From Cladosporium halotolerans (lineage: Eukaryota): a DNA stretch of 64,000 nucleotides. The stretch's first letter is position 1. Each line of letters starts with the position of its first letter. The notes below the pieces were generated by a model. That model was not told the origin of the DNA. It saw only the letters and a list, made by a program, of their open reading frames with translations, and did no database searches. The position numbers and the translations under genes were made by a program. Shown in pieces: positions 46,639 to 58,777 of the stretch. The stretch is taken from the NCBI RefSeq assembly GCF_011745625.1, contig NW_027191483.1:124001-188000 (forward strand), given 5' to 3'.

Positions 46639-49340
46639 CTACCAAGTGAACTTCATCAGACCTGGGTTCAAAATGAAAGGCAAAAGAAAATGACCGGCGA
46701 CGACTATTGCCAACGGATAAATGGCAATGAACTGATCGATGCGCCAAAGTGCCGGCACAAATTGGGCGCAGACAATCATTGTCGCGATACTCCCAAAGCA
46801 AAAGATCAGAGTTCCCTTGAAGTTTTTCAAGATCTTCGGGACCTCGGCGAAGAATGTTGTGTCTTCGGCTTCTTTGCTGGTGGCGCCCCAGGTCGCGTTA
46901 ATCGAGAACATATGTGACAGCAGGGCTTGGGATATGTGCAGCGAGATGCCGCCGAGGAAAATTGTGAAGAGCGGAGTCCAACTTATGACCTCCAGTAGCG
47001 CAGCGCGGAAACCTTTCTCGTTGGTGCGGTATCGCAGCATGGCCAGGGAGAAGTTTCCGCAGAAGAAAAAGACCACAATGACGGCGACGTAGACTTTGAA
47101 GCTGTCAAGGTAGTAGTGATCAAGGAAACCATTGAACCATCCTGTGATGAAGTAGTTCATCACAGTGAAGAGCCAGGAAGAGCCAAGCGCATAATAGGTA
47201 CCAACGTAAGCCATGACTGTAATCTTCGAAGGAAAAGCCATGCCGGACCCCAAGAACTGCACGAAAAGCTTCGTGAACGGTCCCCGGATGGGCCAGTACT
47301 TCAGCGGCTGAAAGAGGAGTTCGCTGCAGCCGTAGGCATATTTCTCCCAACGTGCAAGCTCATCGTACACCGTAAGAGAGACGCCTTCTTGGAAACCGTC
47401 ACCGAAGTACGCTCCGAGACGCACAATGTAGCCGGCAGCTTGCAGGCGAAGGGCCATGTCGAAGTCTTCTGATACGGTCTCCTCTGACCAGTACTTCTCC
47501 CGTGAGTGCAACTTGCAGTCATAGGCAATCTCTTGCACGGCAGCCCAGCGAAGCACTGCGTTGTGTCCGACGAAGGGCGCGGTATCTCCGTTGGCGACAG
47601 CATAGCGAATCTGAGTATAGATCAAGTTGGTGAAGAACGTGATACCCTTCTCGAAATAAGAATCTGTCACGTTCATGACTCCGGATGAGAATTGGAGAAT
47701 AGCGACTTGTGGACATTGCTCCATCTCTGAGACAGCGTCAAGGAAGCAATCGGAGGGAACTCGAGTATCGGAGTCGATGATTAGGATATAGTCGCCGAAG
47801 CGGATGTCGCCGTCTGCTTGCATGTACCCTTGCTCTTCTTCGAGGACTTCTGCAAGGGCTTGACTATATGCCGTCGCCTCCTCGTCTTGTGTCCAGCCCT
47901 CCGGACGGTGAATCCTTGAGAGCTTTTCCTCAACGCGAACGCTGGCCCACAACCCATAGTTCATGTTGGATGCTTTCTTGAATTTGCCGCGACGGAGAAA
48001 GACCTTGCTGCCATCCTTGGGCTTCTCGTTGTGTTTGGGACGGGAGACCCAGCCGATGTTGTGCTCCTCATAGAAGTCGCGGCGTTCTTGTGCGTCTTCC
48101 GGGGAGATAATTTGCAACCCATCATCGTTCACAAAGATATTTGCAGTGCCACCTTGCATTTCGTAAGTAGAGATAGCATCCTTCAAGGACCGAACGGTTG
48201 GTTCGATGACCGGACGAAGACCTTCTTTGTAGACAGGCAGTTGGATTGTCACATGCGGAAGCACACCAGCGTCCCTGCGAAGTCGCTTTGGTGCCTCACC
48301 GGAAAAGAACTTAGAATTCTTCCGCATTTGCTTGACAGGTCCAATGACCTGTAGGATGTCGGCGACCAAAGCTTGGAAGAAGAATAATGCCAGCCAAATC
48401 TGAGGGATAAGAGTGGCAATAAAGGCCAGGCGGAGATAGTTGTTGTCCACCGCAGTCTGAAAGGCTACCTGGTGCCATCCACCTCCGAGAGCCGCAAAAG
48501 TCAAGCAAAGGACAAAAGCAGATTGTATAGGCATCCAGAGATTTATCGGGCGATCATTTCCAGCTGGGTTTTGTTCGAAGTTGTCATCGGCACCGACTTC
48601 GCTGATTTGCACGTTGTCCTCTTTCTTTTCGTCTGGCTGCAGAGCGGCCCCATCCCACATTGTCTGCACAAGTGCCCTTTGAATTCTTGTTGCCCGATCG
48701 AGGAGGCGACCAGGGTCGTCCTCCCAAACAACAAGTAGCCCTCGGTCATGGATGAACGCGGCAGACTGGTGTTTCTGGCAGCCCGGGAGAGAAGAAAGGC
48801 TCGGGAGCACCTGAAGGCGAAGACCGTTTGGTAATGGAACGTAGGGTTTGTCGATGTTGGAGAGAAAGAGCTTGAGGACGCGGGTGCTCACGGTCATGGC
48901 AGACTAGAATGGTCAACTTGGTGCTTTCACGGTGGTAGAGTATCACTTACTCGAACGTTGAGCATCTCGATGGCTCTACGAAGTCCCTCAGGCTCCTCGG
49001 TGAGGCTCTCAGGGCAGCATGCATAGACGCCTTTGCTCTTCTTCAAAACAATGCCTTCCTCATCGCTTCCTTCATACCAGAGCTTCTCCAACTGCTCTTG
49101 GTGGAGCCAGCTCACCATAACCTCACACTTAAGATCGCTCAATTCGTCACTTTCTGAGCCTGTGAGATGGGATAGGGAAGCTGGCCGCGATCCCCACGGA
49201 GTGCTCGGTTGGCCTATCGAAATCTGAGGAGATGGTGCAGCATCCTGAAGGGAATCGTCGGTGTTGCTTGCCGGTGGTGATTGGGTTATAATGTCCTCCT
49301 GCGCTTTTGATGGATTGAAGTATTCTTTTATTATCCCCAT
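46639..49340 (-). CDS. Membrane-embedded processive glycosyltransferase, family GT2; intron 48904-48950
   Basis: TIQLPVYKE, NDDG, KASNMN, IIDSD, SEDF, and ELARW at the QxxRW position; two N-terminal and several C-terminal TM helices. Confidence 0.88.
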
Positions 49341-50648
49341 GGCTGACGGTCGCTTGCTCCGGGAGGTGGGCCTTGATGTGGGCAAAAGTCCCGAGAAATA
49401 TTTGTCGAGGTATCTCAAGTTACTGCAGTGCACCAAGAATCGTCCGTCGGAAGTGGTAAGAGGTTACCAGTATTATACTAAGAAGGAGGAGCAGCACTTC
49501 ACGAACGTGTACATATCGTCCAGGCCTGAAGCCACCCCTTCGAAGATAGCAAAGAGCAAATCCCTGGCTAAGCACTGCTGCATACAGCTAGGGAGAGCGA
49601 CAGCCTCACGCGATATCAGGGTAACGTGGAAATCACTGTGTTGATCTGCGACATAATGGCACTCAGCTTGGCAAGATAGATCAGCTGGCCTGTCGCGCAT
49701 AGCAGAATCCAGTCCAATGAGGCGCGCTCGTAAGACTCAGAGATGTATTGGGACCGCTTTTAGCATTCCCAAAGAGAATATGGCCAGCCGAATTGGTCAT
49801 CTTGGCTTCGGTTGAGCTATTACACACGGATACGGGAGTCTGCATGATACGATGATCTCAGCGCTTTTGTGTTTTTGCATTCATAGAAGTGAGACAGCGG
49901 AATGATCCTTTCGACTGCGCCACGACTAGAATCGCCAGAAGACTGAGATGAATATAGACGCGTCGAGCATCTCGCCAGATCTGCTGAGAAGCTCGACATG
50001 CCGGTGAAAAGACCCCGTAGCCTGGCGGTCAAGGGCGTGACATTTTCCAGCCAATCCAGCTGGCATCCCTTTCCAAAACCTCTAATAATTGTGGATACGT
50101 TGCGAGGCGTGAGTACGGGCTGAAAGCAGAACCATCATTCGAGATGACCAGGGTCATAAGAAATGTTCGTGATTCGCGAAGAGGTTAAGCCTGCTGATTC
50201 ATCCATGACCAAGAGACCGGACCAATCACGTGAAGCCATTCCCGCTGTCCCTATCCGCGAGGCTTTAGATCATCCTTGTTCCAAAGATCGAAAATTTCCG
50301 CGTGGAACGGGCTCTTGCAGCATGATGCTTTTGACAGGAGTGGCAAGTGGAAGGCAGAGCTTCGAAGTTCCGATGGGCTCTCTGTCTGCAAAGCTGCAGA
50401 ATTGGCGAGCGGATTTCGTGGCGTCGCCTGATTGACAACGGACTCTCTCATGTGAAGCCAGTCTGCGGCCAATGAGGCTGCTTACATTTTGTTCTGTAGC
50501 TAGATCATCCTGAGATAATGTCCAATGCTCGATTGGCACGAACGACTTCTCAGGATCGCATTGGATCTTGCCTCAGTTCCTGCCACGATATGCTCGGTGA
50601 CAAGTAGACAAGCGGTTATAAATCTTGTAGAATGCTGGATTTTCATCA

Positions 50649-50750
50649 GCAAGCCTGGTCTAGCGGTTATGATTTCTGTCTAACATTGGTTGCAATATTA
50701 GCGCTGGTTGGCAGCACAGAAGGTTCCCGGTTCGATTCCGGGGGTTTGTA
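50649..50750 (+). tRNA. tRNA-Val(AAC) with 29-nt intron (50686-50714)
   Basis: Acceptor GCAAGCC/GGTTTGT, D-arm TGGTCTAGCGGTTATGAT, anticodon stem TCTGT/ACAGA with AAC at 50682-50684, T-arm CCCGG-TTCGATT-CCGGG, T-run at 50766. Confidence 0.9.
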
Positions 50751-51041
50751 ACAGATGATCAATCATTTTTGCTCTTTCTTTTGCATCCCATCCCGCGTAA
50801 CTGCCCATATTGCGTAAGGGCGTTCGTAGTGCTTTTGGGAGAGCTATAAGATGGTGCTCAAGGTTTTCTCCGAAAATTTTCGAGAAACTATTTTGAAAGG
50901 GTCGCTCAATGAATATCATTGACGAAAGTACAAAACTCTACAATGGTATAGCGTCAATCCCGGATACTGCTGAGCAGCCACATTCATGTCATATCCCTGA
51001 ACTCCATTACCCAAAATACGAAATATCGCGTTAAAAGCAGC

Positions 51042-51936
51042 TCATTCTCCAAGCCTGTGAAATCAAATCAGCACGGTCGCTTGCATGAAAGACATAAGTA
51101 TTTGCAGGCGACATACCTGTATGAGACCAGTGTGTCGATGCGGTGACTGTTGGTTGAGAAGCTTCTCAGCATGACTTTTTCTGCGTTCTTGACTTCCTTC
51201 GCATCGCTGTCGCCCCACTCGAGTGGCACGTCACTGTCTGCATCTGCGTACACCAGTACGTTGAAGGTGCAGTTTCCGTCCAGCATCGGCAGGAATGTGA
51301 CAGAGGCAGTAATCTGGCGGAAAAGTGATTGAATCTCTTGTTGGATCTCGGCCTCGGACTTCTCAGCTGTAGGTGTTGCGGCGTCGGCCTCGCTCTCAGG
51401 GGCAGTGTTCTCCTGATCCTTCGAGGATGTCTTGCGCTTCGATTTACTGTCTTCGTTGAAAACATTCACCTAGAAATTTCAGTCCCGAATATGTGGGTAG
51501 AGGAGTCGCTTGATACGTACGTCAAATTGCCACCTCTCAAGGTGCTCGCCGGTCTCCTTGCTGGTGATAACAATCACGAGCTTCGAGATCTTTGACTTTT
51601 GAATCCACTTGTTGAGCTGGCTCATGATCTTCTTGACATATGCCTTGACCTGGTCGTCGAGGGAGACCATCATGTTCAAGCCATATTTCTTGACACTGCC
51701 TTCCGGGTTAGTCACCCTCAAAACCATTGTTGCAGGACAACGTACGGTGCAAAGTCTTCAGGCGGATACACGCCTCTCTGGAACAGGATCGTATTCGCAG
51801 CGAATTCGAAGAACTCCACACAGAGCTTTGATGAGCCCTTGAGCGAGAGCTTGTGAACCTTGGATTTGTCCTCCTTGGACTTTGACTTGTCTTCCTTCAC
51901 TTTGGGTGCTGCTTTGGATGGTGCGGCGGCTGGCAT
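51042..51936 (-). CDS. MAD2: Spindle checkpoint HORMA protein Mad2 (three introns)
   Basis: [59 protein letters not shown]. Confidence 0.95.
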
Positions 51937-52187
51937 TTTGATTAATCTTGGGAGCTATATTTGTCTTGCAAGACAGCTGAGTGTCGAGTTGTAGTCGGCC
52001 TCAAAATGCGTTGTCGACCAGTCCCCCGTTTTCCAGCGGCGATCTCGAACCTGAAGTTCATTGTTTGGATTGGGGGGTCGCCGCGGGAACGGGCTGCGAC
52101 ACGTGATCCTTGGCGCCTGAAGAACTTCGAGACAGCTACGCTTGTCTACAACGGGAGAACGAGTATCGCGCGATCACGCCAACCTCC

Positions 52188-54158
52188 ATGCGACGATGCT
52201 TCATTCGCCCGGCCTATAGTGCGCTACAAGCATTCCGCTATCAGCCGGCCACTGGAAATCTCGGGCGCCTCTTTCAGCATGGCTTCCATTCCACAGCTCC
52301 TCGCCTGGCGGCAAAGGTGAAGTCGGACCTTGAGCGCCGCATCGAGAAAATACCCATCGATCGGTTCAGAAACTTCTGTATCGTTGCGCACGTCGACCAT
52401 GGTAAAAGCACGTTGAGCGACCGTTTGCTGGAGCTTACGGGTGTGATTGAGAAAGGCGGGTTGAAGCAGTCTTTGGACAGACTCGATGTAGAAAGAGAGC
52501 GCGGCATTACTGTGAAGGCGAACACATGTTCTATGGTGTACAATCACAACGGCGAGGATTATCTGCTTCATCTGGTTGACACACCCGGCCACGTGGACTT
52601 CCGCGCCGAAGTCAGCAGAAGTTATGCGAGTTGTGGAGGAGCCCTTCTTTTGGTGGATGCATCGCAAGGAGTCCAGGCACAGACTGTCGCCAACTTCTAC
52701 CTCGCATTCGCCCAGAACCTTGCTCTAGTTCCGGTACTCAACAAGGTGGATCTGCCAACAGCAGACAGGCAACGGACATTGGATCAGCTTCGCGACACGT
52801 TCGAGATCGATTCCGAGAATGCGGTTTCGGTTTCGGCGAAGACAGGTTTGAATGTCGAGCAGCTTCTGCCAATGATCGTCGACAAGATTCCGGCACCGGT
52901 TACAAACGACAATGCGCCTCTCAAATTGTTACTGGTGGACAGCTGGTACGACAACTACAAGGGTGTCATCCTGCTTGTCCGAATCTTCGATGGCTCGATC
53001 AAAGCCGGCGACAAAATTGTGTCCTTCGCGACAGGCTTACAGTACACTGTCGGTGAAGTAGGCATCATGTACCCCTTGGAGACGCCGCAAACGGTCCTTC
53101 GAGCTGGCCAGGTTGGCTACGTGTTCTTCAACCCCGGAATGAAGCGCAGCAAGGATGCAAAGATCGGTGACACTTTCACCACTGTTGGCGATCAGAGCAA
53201 GGTGGAGATGCTGCCAGGGTTCGAGGAACCGAAGAGTATGGTCTTCGTCTCTGCATTCCCAACGGATCAAGGCGACTACAGCCATCTGGAAGACAGCATC
53301 CATCAGGTTACGCTGAACGATCGCTCGGTCTCCATCATGAAGGAATCATCTGAGGCACTTGGTGCTGGTTGGCGCATGGGATTCTTAGGTACGCTTCATT
53401 GCTCTGTCTTCGAGGACCGCCTTCGCCAGGAGCACGGTGCGAGCATCATCATCACGCCTCCTAGCGTACCCTTCAAGATCGTCCGCAAGGATGGATCAGA
53501 AGAGATCATGAGCAACCCCAACGCTTTCCCTGACGGCTCTCTCCTACATGAGAAGATTGTCGACCTGCAAGAGCCATACATCACTGCGACTATCACGATG
53601 CCGGAGGAGTACCTGGGCAAGGTCATCGAGATGTGCGAGGGAAACCGCGGCCAGCAGGAGTCTTTGAGCTTCTTCACAGCTACGCAAGTCATCCTCAAAT
53701 ACCAGCTCCCGCTTGAACGCCTAGTCGACGACTTCTTCGGCAAGCTCAAGTCCGCGACCAAGGGCTATGCCAGTCTTGACTACGAGGATGCCGGTTTCAA
53801 ATCCAGCTCGATTACCAAGCTTCAGCTCCATGTCAACAAAGTTCCAGTCGATGCCGTGGCTCGCGTCGTACACACTTCCCAGGCTGAGCGGCTCGGCAAG
53901 GAGTGGGTTACCAAATTCACCAAGCACGTCGACAGGCAGATGTTCGAGGTCATCATCCAGGCCGTGACCGGCAAGAAAGTCGTGGCCAGAGAAACGCTCA
54001 AGCCGTTCCGGAAAGACGTGACCGCCAAGCTGCATGCTGCTGATGTCAGCAGACGGCGGAAGCTTCTCGAAAGGCAGAAAGAAGGCAGGAAGAAGCTGAG
54101 GGCTGTTGGTAATGTGGCCATTGACAATAAGGCCTTCCAGAGCTTCTTGGCGAAGTAG
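52188..54158 (+). CDS. GUF1: Mitochondrial translation GTPase Guf1 (EF4/LepA)
   Basis: Arg-rich presequence, [50 protein letters not shown]. Confidence 0.96.
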   Translation: MRRCFIRPAYSALQAFRYQPATGNLGRLFQHGFHSTAPRLAAKVKSDLERRIEKIPIDRFRNFCIVAHVDHGKSTLSDRLLELTGVIEKGGLKQSLDRLDVERERGITVKANTCSMVYNHNGEDYLLHLVDTPGHVDFRAEVSRSYASCGGALLLVDASQGVQAQTVANFYLAFAQNLALVPVLNKVDLPTADRQRTLDQLRDTFEIDSENAVSVSAKTGLNVEQLLPMIVDKIPAPVTNDNAPLKLLLVDSWYDNYKGVILLVRIFDGSIKAGDKIVSFATGLQYTVGEVGIMYPLETPQTVLRAGQVGYVFFNPGMKRSKDAKIGDTFTTVGDQSKVEMLPGFEEPKSMVFVSAFPTDQGDYSHLEDSIHQVTLNDRSVSIMKESSEALGAGWRMGFLGTLHCSVFEDRLRQEHGASIIITPPSVPFKIVRKDGSEEIMSNPNAFPDGSLLHEKIVDLQEPYITATITMPEEYLGKVIEMCEGNRGQQESLSFFTATQVILKYQLPLERLVDDFFGKLKSATKGYASLDYEDAGFKSSSITKLQLHVNKVPVDAVARVVHTSQAERLGKEWVTKFTKHVDRQMFEVIIQAVTGKKVVARETLKPFRKDVTAKLHAADVSRRRKLLERQKEGRKKLRAVGNVAIDNKAFQSFLAK

Positions 54159-54850
54159 TTTGTTTGCTAGCGTACTCGCATTGTATAATTACCACTGTGT
54201 ATCAATACCAATATACTAGTCTGAAGCTCAAGTGGTGCTCATCGAGACTGTTGTAGGCTCGTCCGTCTTTCTCGCCTCGATTGTTCCTCAGTCATTGATA
54301 CTGGTGCGATTCTGCTTGGTGTATCTCTCTCTCGGGAACTGTCTCTCTCCCTCTCTCCCTACAGAGGTGCTATCATCACTAACAGTCTGAGATCTCAAAC
54401 CAAGGTTGCCCCTTCCTAAAGGAGAGAAGAAATAGATCTGCTGAGATATCGGCTTGACAGCATCCCCGCTCCCAAGAAGCTACTGCCAGCGCTGCCAGCC
54501 TCAAAACCCTGGTTGCTCCCGTCGATGAACAACAATCTGTAACGTTGTTCTCATCGCTGTCAGCTCACAGCCCGCTAGCTCCTAGTGTGCCTTCGTACTT
54601 AGAAGCTTCCAGTCCTGTGCTACAGGCCGGCCAGACCGCAGGGCGCATTGTAATTGAGATGCTGAAAGGCGCACGCTTCGACAGCCCCACATCTCAGCAG
54701 CGTCATAAAGTCGACACTGTCCCGCACCTCGGTCCATTGGCTTCCTGAATAATCAAACAAGCATTAGAGCTTCCAAAGCTTCACCAAATCTCAGTCATCA
54801 AAATCATAGACCGCCACATCATCTTCGAAACCGATCTCTCAGCCTCAAAA

Positions 54851-55649
54851 ATGTCACAAGAACTCGTGCTCTTCGATCTGCCAAGCAAAGGCCGCTGCGC
54901 TTGCTGGTCCCTCAACCCATGGAAGAGTGAGCCTCCGTCGACCCCCCACACAACCGGTCACTTGCATCAACGCTGACACGACTGCAACAGCCCGCGCCGC
55001 TCTCAACTTCAAGGGCATCCCCTACAAGACAGAATGGGTCGAATACCCCGACATGGCCGCCAAGTTCGAATCCTTCGGCATCCCTCCAACAGCTGAGAAC
55101 TCGCCGAGCGGCTGGTCCATCCCCGCCGTCCGCATGCCTGACGGCTCGTACATCATGGACTCGCGCAAGATCGCAGACGCACTTGAGTCTATGAAACCCG
55201 AGCCTTCGCTTCGGCTGGACAGCGGCTACGTTGACCGCGTGCAGACCGCCGTCCTCGATACCATGAAGCCGCTCGCGCCTGTCATCATGCCTCGCATCCC
55301 AGAGATGGTGCTCAACCCCTCCAGCGCGGAATACTTCAGGACGACCAGGGCGAAGCGCTTCGGGATGCCGCTGGAGGAGTTCGCGAAGAGCGAGCAAAGC
55401 GGCGAAGTCGCTTGGAAAGGTGCCGAGCCCGGTCTTCGAAAGATCGCGAAGATCTTGCGTGAGCATGCGGACGGGCCTTTCGTCTTGGGTAAAGAGCCCA
55501 GCTATGCTGACCTGGTCCTTGCTGGATTCTTGGTCATGGCGGCGCGGGTGGATCAGAACGACGTCTTTGAGCGCATCGCTGGATTCGACGACGTTATTTC
55601 AAAGCACTATGAAGCTTGCCAGAAGTTTGTGAACAGGGACGACCACTAG
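54851..55649 (+). CDS. Glutathione S-transferase, fungal GSTFuA/beta-etherase-like; intron 54927-54990
   Basis: LFDLPS...CWSLNPWK|TRAALNFKGIPYKTEWVEYPD, SIPAV, MDSRKIA, GPFVLGKEPSYAD. Confidence 0.85.
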
Positions 55650-56342
55650 GTAGCCTTTGTAAATGTAAGCACGACCGATGAGCGTGGAACATCTGGAGAG
55701 AAGACTACAAACCTAAAGAAATCCATCGTTTACTCAATCGATCGTAAGCGTGTGCGTGTACAAATACCAGGCGTGGACGCAGATCTGGGCCTGATTTGAG
55801 TCTAGTATAGGCGTTCCAAGTACGGCGATGAAATCACGCATGCTTGTTGACAGTGTCCTTGGTTTGGTCAAGAGCTATAAAGCGTAAGTACGAGTATGAG
55901 GCCGGTTCGACGACATCGGCGCCGCGAAAATGATACAATTGCACATTGTACGGTTCGACAGACGCTGTCAACGCATGATGGACTTGTAGCGGCTTCATGC
56001 GCAAATTGAGGGCATTGTAGCGCTCGGCATGCGTGTCGGCGGTATCAAATTCTGCTTTATGTCCGTTGAATCGCAGAATGCTAGTTTGACGCAAAATTGA
56101 GTTGACGATGTTGCCTGCAGAGAAGCGGTGGAAAGGGACCGGTGTGCGTTCCAACGCAAGCAGGCAGCAGAAGTCGTTGCTGCCTAGTCAGAAAGCGCGC
56201 TTTGCACACGTTGGCACGTGAGGCAGCCTGAACTGTCAGCCAGATCCGAAGCAAGTTCTAGAGAGCAGCCCCGCGGATTCGTTTTTCTCGGGCCCCATCA
56301 GCCTATCGTGCGAGACTAGTGCTCTCATTCGTCCATCGCTTC

Positions 56343-56735
56343 AATTCTGAGTCTGACGCGTGCTTATCATCCTTGTGCTTTCTTTGGCGCCGAGCTCTTT
56401 TTCAACAGCACATAGCTGATGGCAACAGCACGTCACCGAGTATAGTTCAAGAAATGTCTTTCTGATGGATATCTTTCTCTGTCTCGGAGAGGCGATTGGA
56501 GGCGCTGCCAACAGACCTGGACGTAAGTCTTGACTTCGGGCCAGAGAAGGTGTCATGACGGGGGTGAGTCCTGCAATGCACTTTGCACGCACACATTCTT
56601 TCGTCCCTGAATTCACATGTTGCCTTCGATGTACATGTCCCGTCGATTCTGTGAGCGACGCGTGCTTATCAATCTGGCATTGTCCCTAGTGTAGAAACCT
56701 TTCTCAATGGTCTAGAGCAGATGGTAGCAGCTTAC
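56343..56735. repeat. Diverged direct duplication, 302-bp offset
   Basis: GACGCGTGCTTATCA at 56355 and 56657; AGCWGATGGYARCAGC at 56414 and 56716. Confidence 0.65.
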
Positions 56736-57108
56736 CCTCATTAGTGATATCGGAGACACTCGCGCTTGCAACAGACATTATGATCCGTTCACGTGCTCAT
56801 ACTTCGCGAATCACAAGTACATCGTTTCACATGTCCTTGGACCAACACTCTCACTGGGTGAGCCGCTGCGTCTTGACTGCGGTTGTACATGTGATCGTTC
56901 AATGAACTTTGCACGTGTGGGCGTTTCACATGTAACTCTTCATTTCAGCGAGAGTGATTCTCAATTGAACTGCTCATCACTTGATACCCCACTCATCTCA
57001 TTACTTCCAGCTTACCAGGCAAGCTTTCACTCAATCAACAAAACCGCGCACCATTACATCAAGGTCCTCACATCTAGTACAATCAACCACTGCCAAACCA
57101 GTTCAGCC

Positions 57109-57714
57109 ATGCCTGATAGCGAAAACTCGACCATTGTGCCGAAGCGTGAGACCCTCGATTACCGCCGATACGAGTTCTTCTCCGCGCAACGTGCATACAA
57201 GAAGACATTGGATATCCTAGAAGGATACAGACGGCCTTGGATGCAAGCAGCTCAAACTCTCCGTGCTCATGTTGCAGAATCTAACACCGCGACGACCGAC
57301 TTCGACACTGCTCATTCTCAACACCAGCAGAGTCACAACGGACCTTGGCCAAGCGAACTACGATCACTGTCTCAACGCATGGACGAAGCGAAGACGAAGG
57401 TCCGTCGCAGTACTGCGAAACGCAACGTAGCGAGGGCCAACTTCAAATGCGCTCTCCGCGCACTCAGGAGGAAGACATCGTTATTGCAGCTCGCGAAGGC
57501 GAGGATGGCAGAAGCGGGCGAAGCGATGGAGAAGGTGCGGCAGCTGGAGTCGGGGAAGCTGCGACCTCGTGGAGAGAACAATTTGGAAAGAGCGAGCGAC
57601 GCTGAGCCAGAGTCGAACGTGGGAGACATGAACGCGGATGCAGAAAAGGAAGCACATTTTGAACGCTTGCGACTACGAGTAAGACGACAAGCTCTGGAGA
57701 GGCTGAGATCGTGA
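57109..57714 (+). CDS. Hypothetical basic coiled-coil protein (~201 aa)
   Basis: ATG in GCCATG context after a CA-rich leader; helical, R/A/E-rich; no recognised domain. Confidence 0.55.
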   Translation: MPDSENSTIVPKRETLDYRRYEFFSAQRAYKKTLDILEGYRRPWMQAAQTLRAHVAESNTATTDFDTAHSQHQQSHNGPWPSELRSLSQRMDEAKTKVRRSTAKRNVARANFKCALRALRRKTSLLQLAKARMAEAGEAMEKVRQLESGKLRPRGENNLERASDAEPESNVGDMNADAEKEAHFERLRLRVRRQALERLRS

Positions 57715-58069
57715 GGCTTTCGAAAAGTGCATTGGCTGCATCTTGGCCGAGGATTGGCGATGATGGGTCGCGAATGCTTTCCGGAGGCAAAGTCCTGCGA
57801 TCTTACGAGCACTACACCCTGATCTGACGAGTTTGTGGGCATGTGCAGGACACGGTCGTGGACGACATGGAATTGTGTGATTTGGTGGAGAGCCTATTGG
57901 TTTGTTGAAGTGCTCGTTCTCCAGAGATGATTGGAGTTGAGAATAGCCGAGTTTTTACATGGACATCAAACAGTCCACTCACGGACTTTCAATCGGACCA
58001 TCTTGCACGAGTGAGGACTCATGTCACAAAACTTTTTGCCGAATGCTTTTGCTTTCCGAATCGATGCGA

Positions 58070-58450
58070 AAGGATAACGTGCTACCTTCAACTCCAGGCT
58101 ACTGGGATCGAATTTTCCCCTCGAGAGCCAACTATACTCGGTTCTCCTATTCATTTCGATAATTTGTAACGGCGACGTGCTACCTGTTACCCTAGACTAA
58201 CAAAACTGCATGCTTTTGCGGAAGCTGATAATACTTGGTTTCCTTGCTCACCGAAGTAAAAATCAAATGTAACGTGCTACCTTTTACTCTGAAATGAACG
58301 AATCGTTGATTTCCTCGAGAGCCAGCCATCGTCGGCCATACTCGATTGACCTACCCTCCGCAAAAATCAATATCGGTGACGGGCTACCTTCTGCTCCAGA
58401 CTACTGATATCGAGTTTGGCCAGGAGAGCCAACTGCACTTGGATACGTAC
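58070..58450. repeat. Degenerate ~100-bp tandem repeat (4 units)
   Basis: RACGKGCTACCT at 58076, 58174, 58271 and 58378; GAGAGCCA in units 1, 3 and 4. Confidence 0.7.
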
Positions 58451-58777
58451 TATGACTGCAAAGTCTACGAGCTTTGGATGGGGAGGGAAGAAGGGCAAGC
58501 ATCAAGACGAGTGATCTGCAGGCTTCGAGAAGGTTGCATCGCTCTCACTCACCATGGTCGATAGTGTATGCGTTCACTTTCCATCTCTTGCAGGCGCTGC
58601 CTAACGCCAGCGTCGACCCAATATTGCATTCACCTACCCGCGCTCCGTTTGATCAGAGACTACAAACGAACACATCTCAACAGCTCCGTGCCCGCTCGTC
58701 GACTCCTCCCACCCCCCGGCATCAGACTCGAAGATCCACCAAACCGCCCTGCCACCACCTCTAGCTAGCCACTCAAA

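Noticed and set aside
4372..51936. Possible chromosome-segregation cluster (MEK1, CSE4, MAD2)
   Set aside because: The genes are 18-28 kb apart and interspersed with unrelated housekeeping genes.
55834..56154. 106-aa minus-strand ORF
   Set aside because: Non-ATG start and no recognisable motif; cannot be supported as a gene or remnant.
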